Assembly (NCBI GenBank): GCA_965223415.1
Contig: OZ245002.1
Span: forward strand, 2,624,001 to 2,688,000
DNA: 64,000 nucleotides
Direction: 5' to 3'
Source of the DNA: Myxococcota bacterium
GTDB lineage: Bacteria; Myxococcota_A; UBA9160; UBA6930
Made by a program: the position numbers and the translations under genes. Shown here piece after piece: positions 56,565 through 64,000 of this stretch. Each line of letters begins with the position of its first letter. Position 1 is the stretch's first letter. The notes under the pieces were generated by a model, which worked only from the letters and a program-made list of their open reading frames with translations, searched no databases and was not told the origin of the DNA.

Positions 56565-59075
56565 CTACCGCGTCCCGGCCGCGGCCTGCTCCTCGCCGGC
56601 GCCGAGCAGGGCGGCGATGCGCCCGGCGGTGCGCCGGGCGTCGGCCTCCAGCTCGACGCTGCCCCGAGCGGCGATGCGAGCCTCGTCCAGGGCCTTCTGC
56701 GCCTCGTCGGCACGCTCGAGGGACGCGAGGGCCTCCGCCCTCCGCAGCAGCAGGCTCGCCCGCGTCTCGCCCTCTCCGTTCTGCAGGCCTTCGTCGGCCA
56801 GGGCCAGGGCCTCCGCGGGTCGATCTTCGGCGAGCCGCACCAGCGCGAGGGTGTCGAGCACCACCGGCTCACGGCCCACCGCCTCGAGAACCGTGGCCGC
56901 GAGGGCACCCGCCTCGGAGGGATCGGTGCGGTGTCTGGCCAGCTGGCGAGCCAGCGCCTGCCGGGCCTTGAGCGATCTCGGATGGGCACGCGCCGCGTCC
57001 CGCGAGGCGCGCAGGGCACCGCCGGGGTCGCCGTCCAGCTCGAGGAAGACAGCGTGCATGAGGAGCAGATAGAGGTTCTCCGGATCCGTCCGGAGCCCGC
57101 CGGCCACGCGAATGCGCGCCAGCTCGCCCTTGCCCGCGGTGAGCTCCGCCCGGGCGAGCCGCGAGGCGGCAGGGGGTTGGCGCAGCTCCGACTGGGGAAG
57201 CGTCGTGAGGCGCTCGCGGGAGGACGCCGTGTCTCCGTCCTCCAGGTCGAGAGCCGCGAGCCGCCAGACCGCCTCGGCCTCGAAGATCCGCGCCCGGGTC
57301 GCCGCCTCGTAGTGGCTGCGCGCTTCGTCGCGCCGGCCCGCCAGCTCGGCGAGCCGCCCCAGCCCGATCGATGCGGCGCCCTGGCTCGGCTCCAGCTCGA
57401 GGGCGCGTCGGTAGCGACGGGTCGCCGCCGAGGCCTGACCCACGGTCTCCGCGATCTGCCCGAGGAGCACCTCCGGGTTGCCCCGGGTGGGCCCGAAGCG
57501 CGCCGCCCCGAGCGCCGCCTCGACGGCGGCCTCGAAACGCTGGGCACCGAGGGCCGCCTGTCCGCGCAGCAACGCGAGCTCGTAGCTGCGGTCGCCGATC
57601 GCGTCGAACTTCTCGAAGGCGGCGTCGTACCTCCGGCGGGCGAGCAGGTTCATGCCCTGGAAGAGGTCTTCCAGGAGATGGATCTCGTCCTTCGGGTCGA
57701 TGCCCCCGATGATCCCGAGCTCTCCCCGGGCCACCTCCGGGCCCTCGGTGACGTAGCCCAGGGCTTCGAGCTGGGCGCGCTCGTCGCTGCTGAGATCGGT
57801 CGTGAGCTCGATGGGCCGACCCTTCTCGCGCTCGCTCACCGCGGCATCGAGCTCCCGCACCAGCGCCGGCTCGGCCGAAGCCAGATCCACCAGCTCGTCC
57901 GGATCCTCCTCGAGCGCGTAGAGCTCGGGCCGCGGCGCGCGGATGTACTTGTGGGTCGCCGTGCGGACACCGAGGAGCGGGCTCCAGCCGAGGTCGAGCT
58001 GGGTGGCGAGCGTCTCCACCCACGCCACGCGGGGCGGCTCCGGGGTGCCCTCCCACAGGCCGCGCAGGCTGCGACCGGTGCCCTTCGGCAGCGGAAGCGC
58101 CGCGAGATCGGCCAGGGTCGGCGCGACGTCGGCCAGCCGCACCAGCTCGGGCACCACCTGCGCCCCGGGCACGCCGGGCCCCGCCACCACCAGCGGCACG
58201 TGCTGGGTGGCGTCGTAGATGCCGAGGGAGTGGGTGAACTCGCCGTGCTCGCCCATGGCTTCGCCGTGATCCGAGGTCACGACCACCAGGGTGCCGGTGG
58301 GCCAGCGCTCGGCAATCCCGGCCAGCAGCCGTCCGACCTCCGCGTCGGCGTAGGCGATCTCTCCGTCGTAGAGGTTGGCCGCGCCGAGCTGGCTGGCGTA
58401 GGGCTCCGGAGGCTCGTGGTCCGCGTGCGGATCGTACAGGTGGAGGAACAGCAGGAATCGCTCGGGCGCCTCGGCCACCCAGCCGAGGGCGGCATCCACG
58501 GTGCCGGTCGCGTCGCGAGTGGGCACGGTGGGGCCGGCGTGGGTGCGGGTGCTGGCGCCCAGCTCGTCGTCGTAGCGATCGAAGCCCTGGGCCAGGCCGA
58601 ACTGCCGATCGAGCACGTAGGCCGAGACGAAGGCTCCGGTGGCGAAGCCCGCCTCCCTGGCCGCCTCCGCCAGGGTCGGGATCTCCTCCGCGAGTCGGAA
58701 GACACCGTTGTGCCGGGCGCCGTGCTGGGGCGGATCGAGGCCGGTCAGCAGCGTGCTGTGGGAGGGCAGGGTCATGGGCGTGGGGGCGATGGCGGTCTCG
58801 AAGCGCACCCCCGCCTCGGCCAGAGCGTCGATCACCGGCGTCCTGGCCTGCTCGGCGCCATAACAACCCACGTGGTCGGCCCGCAGCGTGTCGATCGAGA
58901 CGACCACCATGCGGCGGATCCCGGCGGCGTCCCCCTCGAAGGAGAGCGAGGCGGGCTCGGCCGGCGGCGCGACGGTCTCGGGCGCCGGGGGCGCCCCGCC
59001 CGGCTCGCCGCACGCCAGGGCCAGCACCAGCGCGGCGAGGCACGGTGCCCACCGGCCGGGGCGCGGACGCTGCAT
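56565..59075 (-). CDS. Sulfatase-like (alkaline phosphatase superfamily) lipoprotein with TPR repeats
   Basis: Lipobox 'ALAC', 'SIDTLRADH', 'TLPSH', 'DPH', 'SDHGE', 'LEALGYV', then TPRs. Confidence 0.9.
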   Translation of the reverse strand: MQRPRPGRWAPCLAALVLALACGEPGGAPPAPETVAPPAEPASLSFEGDAAGIRRMVVVSIDTLRADHVGCYGAEQARTPVIDALAEAGVRFETAIAPTPMTLPSHSTLLTGLDPPQHGARHNGVFRLAEEIPTLAEAAREAGFATGAFVSAYVLDRQFGLAQGFDRYDDELGASTRTHAGPTVPTRDATGTVDAALGWVAEAPERFLLFLHLYDPHADHEPPEPYASQLGAANLYDGEIAYADAEVGRLLAGIAERWPTGTLVVVTSDHGEAMGEHGEFTHSLGIYDATQHVPLVVAGPGVPGAQVVPELVRLADVAPTLADLAALPLPKGTGRSLRGLWEGTPEPPRVAWVETLATQLDLGWSPLLGVRTATHKYIRAPRPELYALEEDPDELVDLASAEPALVRELDAAVSEREKGRPIELTTDLSSDERAQLEALGYVTEGPEVARGELGIIGGIDPKDEIHLLEDLFQGMNLLARRRYDAAFEKFDAIGDRSYELALLRGQAALGAQRFEAAVEAALGAARFGPTRGNPEVLLGQIAETVGQASAATRRYRRALELEPSQGAASIGLGRLAELAGRRDEARSHYEAATRARIFEAEAVWRLAALDLEDGDTASSRERLTTLPQSELRQPPAASRLARAELTAGKGELARIRVAGGLRTDPENLYLLLMHAVFLELDGDPGGALRASRDAARAHPRSLKARQALARQLARHRTDPSEAGALAATVLEAVGREPVVLDTLALVRLAEDRPAEALALADEGLQNGEGETRASLLLRRAEALASLERADEAQKALDEARIAARGSVELEADARRTAGRIAALLGAGEEQAAAGTR

Positions 59076-59078
59076 CGT

Positions 59079-60464
59079 TCAGTTCACCACGTAGCCGAGC
59101 GCTCGGAGCTGGGCCTTGTACATCTCGTCGATCTCGACCTGATCCGCCTCGCCCCAGGCGAGGGGAAGCTCGAGCCGGGCCTCCAGATCCGCGCGGAGCT
59201 CGTCGGCCCACTCCGGCGGGCTCTTGGCCAGGTTCCGCTTCTCCCCCGGATCAGTCTCGAGATCGTAGATCTGCAGCGTCTTGTCCGGGTCGGCGGGCTT
59301 CCACATCAGCCGCCGACCGTCCTTGCGGATCCCGACCAGCGGCGAGGCCTCCTGTTCCATTCGCCCCCAGCGTTGGTCGATGTACGAAACGGAGACGGGA
59401 GTCTCCATGGCCTCTCCGCGCGCGGACGCCAGCATGAGGGGCACCAGGGACTGGCCGTCGGTCTGCTCGAGGGCTGGCAGCCCGAGCATGTCGAGGAGGG
59501 TCGGCCAGATGTCGACGTTGCGGACCAGGGGCTCCACCACGAGCTCCTGCTGGAGGCTGAAGGGCAGGATCATGATGAAGGGGACCTCGGTCACCTCCCG
59601 GTAGAGATCGTGGGCGTGGCCCTCGCGGCGGTGCTCCCGGAACGCCTCGCCGTGGTCCGAGCCGATCACGACGATCGTGTCCTTCATCAGGTCCAGGTCC
59701 TCGAGCTCGCGCACGATCCAGTCGACGTGCCGATCGGTCCAGTGGATCGAGGCGTCGTAGGCGTCCGAGAGCGAGGAACCCCAGCCCTGGGCCGCGGCCT
59801 CCGGATCGTAGGCGTACTGGTGGACGTCCATGTAATGGAGGTACAGGAGGAACGGGTCCTTGCCGTGACTCTTCAGGAACTCCACGGCGGCCCGGCTGAC
59901 GTCGGCGTCCGTGCCGGGCAGGCGCCTCGTGCCGGGGAGAGGCTTCTCGAAGTTGTCCTGGGCCCGCGGCGCGGGGCGGAGGTAGAGGTCGAAGCCCTGA
60001 TCGAAGCCGAAGTTCGACGCGACCCAACCGTTGCGCCAGATGCCGGCGGTCCGGTAGCCGGCCTCCTTGAAGATCTCGGCGGGCATCTTCACGTCGTCGA
60101 CCAGGCCGTCGTCGAAGCGCAGGATGCCCGTGCGGGGCGGCAGGACGCCGGTCCAGAGCGAGGCCATCGAGGACTTGGTCCAGCTCGAGTGGGCCTCGGT
60201 ATGCGCGAAGCGGACCCCGGTGGAGACGAGGTGGTCGATGCGCGGCGTGGTCTCGCGCTCGTAGCCGTAGGCGCTGAGGCGATCCGCCCGGAGCATGTCG
60301 ATCAGGATGAAGACCACGTTCAGCGGGCGCTCGCGCTCCGAGAGGGCCTGGATGTCCTCGATCTGGCCCCCGGGCCGGGGGGGCAGCTCGATGCGGACGA
60401 AGGTCGCGAGCACCGCGCCGACCACGATGAGTGCGCCAATCAGGAAGCGGGTCCGTGCCTGCAT
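59079..60464 (-). CDS. Sulfatase-like (alkaline phosphatase superfamily) membrane-anchored protein
   Basis: 'LIDMLRADRL', 'WTKSSMASLWTG', 'MDVH', 'SDHGE', 'LRALGYV'. Confidence 0.9.
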   Translation of the reverse strand: MQARTRFLIGALIVVGAVLATFVRIELPPRPGGQIEDIQALSERERPLNVVFILIDMLRADRLSAYGYERETTPRIDHLVSTGVRFAHTEAHSSWTKSSMASLWTGVLPPRTGILRFDDGLVDDVKMPAEIFKEAGYRTAGIWRNGWVASNFGFDQGFDLYLRPAPRAQDNFEKPLPGTRRLPGTDADVSRAAVEFLKSHGKDPFLLYLHYMDVHQYAYDPEAAAQGWGSSLSDAYDASIHWTDRHVDWIVRELEDLDLMKDTIVVIGSDHGEAFREHRREGHAHDLYREVTEVPFIMILPFSLQQELVVEPLVRNVDIWPTLLDMLGLPALEQTDGQSLVPLMLASARGEAMETPVSVSYIDQRWGRMEQEASPLVGIRKDGRRLMWKPADPDKTLQIYDLETDPGEKRNLAKSPPEWADELRADLEARLELPLAWGEADQVEIDEMYKAQLRALGYVVN

Positions 60465-60586
60465 GGATGAGGGATCCTTCCGAAGAGAACCTGCGAGGCT
60501 ACCAAAGGGGAGGTGTCGGGCGAAGCCCTTCGATCCGCGAGTTCTCGGCCCTCCGCGGCCACCCCTTGGCCGCCCGGAACCCTCTG

Positions 60587-60624
60587 AAAAAGGAAGGGGC
60601 GGCCGCCCTACGGCGGCCGCCCCT
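60587..60624 (-). terminator. Rho-independent terminator of the PEP-CTERM gene
   Basis: 13-bp stem AGGGGCGGCCGCC, GTAG loop, followed by TCCTTTTT on the minus strand. Confidence 0.8.
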
Positions 60625-60658
60625 CGGATGTCCTTCCGTGAGGACCTGCCTGGGAGCG

Positions 60659-61459
60659 TTAGCTCCGCTGGCGGCGACCCACGGCGGCCAGGCCCACGAG
60701 GCCCGCGCCCAGGAGCAGCAGCGTGCCCGGCTCGGGGACCGCGCCCGTGAAGTTCAGCACGAGCGTCGTGGCGCCCGCGGTGCGGTTGCTCTGGGTCGAG
60801 CCGTCGCACGCGCCCGCCGGACCGCCCGCGCACACCGCCGTGATGGACGGCGACACGAGGGTGACCGAGCCACCGCCGCCGGCGGTCAGGTTGACCGAGC
60901 CGCCGTACATGAAGTCCGACAGCGCCACGGTCATGTTGGTCGCGCCGTTCGCGGTCGTCGTGGTGCCGAACAGGCCCGTGACGGTGCCCGAGCCCGGCGT
61001 CCAGGCCAGGAACGTCGCAGTGACCTTCACGGCGCCGACCAGCGGGTTGCTGGTGCTGACGGTCGAGGTCCCGGACACGCCCACGGACAGCGGGATGGCC
61101 AGGAACAGCAGCGGGATACCGACGAACAGGAACACGTTCACGACGCCGGCGATGCCCTGGTTGGCCGCGGCGCCACCGGCCGTGACCGCGATCGTCTGGC
61201 TGCCACCAAGCGTCTGGGTGATGGTCAGCTGAGGCGGACCCGTGTTGACGGTACTGAAGGACAGGGGGCTCACGGTGATGCCGACGTTGGCGCCGGCCCC
61301 CGTGCTGGTGCCGGACGCGCCGAGGCTGCCACCGCCGGTCGTCAGCGTGAACGGCGTGCCCTGGAACGCGCCGAACCAGGTGGCGGACGTCAGCGTGCCC
61401 GCCTGCGCCGTACCGGCGAACAACATGAACGCCGCGGCAAGAACGAAGATCTTTCGCAT
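60659..61459 (-). CDS. PEP-CTERM sorting domain protein (Thr/Gly-rich)
   Basis: Signal peptide; C-terminus 'VPEPGTLLLLGAGLVGLAAVGRRQRS'. Confidence 0.93.
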   Translation of the reverse strand: MRKIFVLAAAFMLFAGTAQAGTLTSATWFGAFQGTPFTLTTGGGSLGASGTSTGAGANVGITVSPLSFSTVNTGPPQLTITQTLGGSQTIAVTAGGAAANQGIAGVVNVFLFVGIPLLFLAIPLSVGVSGTSTVSTSNPLVGAVKVTATFLAWTPGSGTVTGLFGTTTTANGATNMTVALSDFMYGGSVNLTAGGGGSVTLVSPSITAVCAGGPAGACDGSTQSNRTAGATTLVLNFTGAVPEPGTLLLLGAGLVGLAAVGRRQRS

Positions 61460-61619
61460 GGTGAGAGTTGCTCCTGTTGGAAGTCCCAGCCCGCACCCGG
61501 GGCTGGAGCTCACTTTTGTTCTGCATGGAAGTGGCTGCGGTGCCGGGGATGTGTCGAGAAAAGATCACCTCTGAGGGGATTTTCCTCCCGGCAGCCCCTG
61601 GGGGAATTCCCCCGCGGGG

Positions 61620-62705
61620 CTATCGGTCTGACGCCACCTGACGGTGCAGCCGACCGTCCTCGGTGCCCACGTACAGCCGCCCCTCGTGGAGCCAGGCGGA
61701 GAGGGGCGAGAGCCCGGAGGGGAGCGTCCAGAGGGCCCAGGCCTCCAGATCCGGGGTCACGCCGAGGGTCCAGCGGCCCTCGACCCTTCCGAGCAGGAGC
61801 AGGCGACCCTCCGCCGCCTCCAGGTCCCGCACCCCCTCCTGGAAGGGCGAGGCCACGGTCCGCCCCTCGCCGCGGGCGATGCGGCTCAACACGCTGCGCC
61901 GGCCCGCCGGAGCGGCCGGGTCGGCGTGGGTGGAGACCGTGACCAGCGCGCCCCGGAAGGTCCGCGCGGCAACGCAGCGCTCGTAGCCGGGGGGCAGCAG
62001 GTCCCGCTGCGCCCACGCCTGGCCGTCGAACACCTCGGCTTCGGGTGGGCCGCGGACGTCGGCCAGCACCTGGAAGCCGCCTCGCACCGCGAACAGCGGG
62101 AAGCCGTAGAGCTGGCCCTCGTGGGCCGCGAGGCAGGTCAGGCGGGCCTGGTGACGGATGCCTCCGTCCCGGAGGTTGCGGACCTCGCTCCAGCTCGTGC
62201 CCCGGTCGGGTGAGGCGAGCACGCGCCCGTCGACGGCCGCGAACCAGGCCCCGCCGAGCGAGGCCAGGTCGAAGACGTGGGCGATGCCGTCGGTTCCGAG
62301 GACGCGGACCTGCCAGCCGTCTTCCTCCTGCACCAGGACGTGGCCCTCGGGCCCGATGCCGTCGATCCCGGGCACGGCGAGGCGGCCGTCGAGCTCGACG
62401 TAGCGGACGATGGCGTGCTCCGGCGCGCGGAACTCCGCGGGCCGGAAGACGCCCTCGCCGGGATCGAAAGCGATCACCTGGGTCGGGCCGCTGTTCTCCT
62501 CCCAGCTCCCAAAGCCCAGGTAGAGATCGCCGTGGAAGCCGCGGATCTCGTTGAGGCGTCGCGCCAGCCCGGGGAGCGGTGGATGGCCGAGATCCTCGAG
62601 GAAGAGCTCTCCGCCCCGCGCCTCCGGGGCTCCGTCCGATCGCAGGAGCACGAAGAGCGCCAGCAGGCTGGCCAGGACGAGCAGGGCGAGGAGCAGCCGG
62701 CTCAA
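61620..62705 (-). CDS. Hypothetical exported beta-propeller-like protein
   Basis: N-terminal TM/signal, Asp-box 'SPDRGTSW', blade-like 'HEGRLYVGT'. Confidence 0.65.
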   Translation of the reverse strand: MSRLLLALLVLASLLALFVLLRSDGAPEARGGELFLEDLGHPPLPGLARRLNEIRGFHGDLYLGFGSWEENSGPTQVIAFDPGEGVFRPAEFRAPEHAIVRYVELDGRLAVPGIDGIGPEGHVLVQEEDGWQVRVLGTDGIAHVFDLASLGGAWFAAVDGRVLASPDRGTSWSEVRNLRDGGIRHQARLTCLAAHEGQLYGFPLFAVRGGFQVLADVRGPPEAEVFDGQAWAQRDLLPPGYERCVAARTFRGALVTVSTHADPAAPAGRRSVLSRIARGEGRTVASPFQEGVRDLEAAEGRLLLLGRVEGRWTLGVTPDLEAWALWTLPSGLSPLSAWLHEGRLYVGTEDGRLHRQVASDR

Positions 62706-62717
62706 GCGCCCTCCCGC

Positions 62718-64000
62718 TCAGGACCCCGCAACTGCTGCCTCGAAGCGGCGCCACGCCGCTTCGACCCGTCGCCCCTTCGGTGCCTGCTCCCGGGCCTTCT
62801 CGAGCTGGGCCCGGGCCAGGTCGGTCCGGCCCATCTCCAGGTAGAGATCGGCGAGGTCGATGCGGGCGATCACCAGCCCCGGGCGATCGCGGACCAGGCG
62901 CTCGAGCGCCTTCACCGCCTCCGGCGTGCGGCCGTGGCGCAGCTCCCGGGCGGCGCGGAAGTACTGGGGCGGCGCCCGGCCGACGAGCTGCTGGAGGTAG
63001 AGGCTCGCCATGACGGATTGCCGGGCCAGCGGGCCGAGCTCCGGCTTGAACTCCGCCCGCTGGCCCGGCTGGTGCTCGAGGAAGGCGGCGCTCTGGTAGT
63101 AGCTCCCGATCACCTCGAGGGCGCCTTCGAGGTCGCGGCGCTCCGAGGGGCTCAGCCCTCCGTCCATGCAGCGCGGGCACCAGACCTCCACGTCCTCCAC
63201 CGAGAACAGATCCGGCGGCAGCCGACGGTCGAAGGTCACGAGGCGGCTTCCGTACTCGAGATAGGGGTGGTCGTCCTCGAGCACCGGATGGCCGCGGGTG
63301 GCCCGGGCCATCGTCTCCGGGCTGGCGGCGAAGGTGGCGGCCACCTCGGCCGGCTCGGAGAGGGAGATCCAGCGCAGCTCGCTCCGCAGGCCCGGCACCT
63401 CGGCGATGCGGCGGCGCATCACGTCCGGGTCGAGGGCGAAGGGCGCATCCTTGCGGCCGACGAGCATGAGCTGCTGGCGGTAGCCCGAGAGCAGCACCGC
63501 GTCGGGGAAGATCTCCAGGAAGGCGGCGATCATCGAGCGTCCGGCGGCCTCGCCGACCTGGTTCATCGGAACCCAGTAGGTGATGAAGCCGCCCGGGTTC
63601 AGCCGCTCCCGCGCCAGCTCGTAGAAATCGCGGGTGTAGAGGCTGGCCACGCCGGCGTGGGCGATGGGCGGCGGCTCGCCGGTGATGAGATCGTACTTCG
63701 GGCCGTCCATCCGCAGGTGCTGACGCCCGTCGTTCACGTGCACGCGAACCCGCGGGTCCTCGAGCGGCCTGCCGTTCACGGGCTCGAAGTAGCGCGCGTG
63801 CTCGAGGATGTCGGCGGAGAGGTCCACCACGTCGAGCTGCTTCACGGTCGGGTGCAGGAGCACCGAGTTGGCGGTGTTGCCCACGCCGAAGCACATCACC
63901 ATCACGCGCTCGATCTGGTCGGTCAGCAGCATCGGCACGTGGACGAAGGCCCGCATGTAGCGCTGGGCCACGAAGCCGGTGGTGGACATGCTGTGGCCGT
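62718..64000 (-). CDS. Spermidine-synthase-like (aminopropyltransferase fold) protein with C-terminal TPR; 5' end beyond the window
   Basis: 'CFGVGNT', 'VDLSADI', 'NDGRQHL', 'YDLITGEPPP', 'LYTRDFY...LNPGG'. Confidence 0.88.
   Translation of the reverse strand, partial: GHSMSTTGFVAQRYMRAFVHVPMLLTDQIERVMVMCFGVGNTANSVLLHPTVKQLDVVDLSADILEHARYFEPVNGRPLEDPRVRVHVNDGRQHLRMDGPKYDLITGEPPPIAHAGVASLYTRDFYELARERLNPGGFITYWVPMNQVGEAAGRSMIAAFLEIFPDAVLLSGYRQQLMLVGRKDAPFALDPDVMRRRIAEVPGLRSELRWISLSEPAEVAATFAASPETMARATRGHPVLEDDHPYLEYGSRLVTFDRRLPPDLFSVEDVEVWCPRCMDGGLSPSERRDLEGALEVIGSYYQSAAFLEHQPGQRAEFKPELGPLARQSVMASLYLQQLVGRAPPQYFRAARELRHGRTPEAVKALERLVRDRPGLVIARIDLADLYLEMGRTDLARAQLEKAREQAPKGRRVEAAWRRFEAAVAGS

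Noticed and set aside
56505..60470. 1321-aa plus-strand ORF
   Set aside because: Antisense shadow of the two sulfatase-like genes
1..64000. tRNA, rRNA, transposase, integrase, phage or defence genes
   Set aside because: None recognised; nearly all sequence is accounted for by metabolic and envelope CDSs

Overview
A very GC-rich, gene-dense bacterial chromosome segment with about 60 real CDSs; most other ORFs in the track are GC shadow frames. The PEP-CTERM protein, a Cys-containing C-terminal anchor, DUF3604 and heavy lipid-catabolic content suggest an uncultured Myxococcota-like or related Gram-negative lineage (inference only). Content: (i) catabolism of hydrophobic compounds, with two acyl-CoA dehydrogenase pairs, a P450, a Baeyer-Villiger monooxygenase, two Rieske oxygenases plus ferredoxin, three luciferase-like oxidoreductases, SDRs, esterases, an alkyl sulfatase, three D-aminoacylase-like amidohydrolases and four TetR regulators; (ii) stress and envelope genes; (iii) a right-end surface-modification cluster (spermidine-synthase-like protein, PEP-CTERM protein, two sulfatase-fold proteins with Thr in place of the Cys/Ser motif, GT2-methyltransferase). 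I saw no rRNA, tRNA, CRISPR array or transposase. The most unusual non-coding signal is a pair of inverted 38-bp elements (44712-44749 and 47819-47856). Each has a 16-bp core flanked by 9-bp direct repeats whose central dinucleotide co-varies, and together they bracket a 3-kb block containing a 33-bp-arm perfect palindrome. Also notable are a putative CGLGPEL C-terminal sorting signal, a consensus sigma-54 promoter with upstream palindromes, and recurrent leaderless-type promoters including a 21-bp bidirectional one. All family calls come from motif recognition by eye, not database searches.
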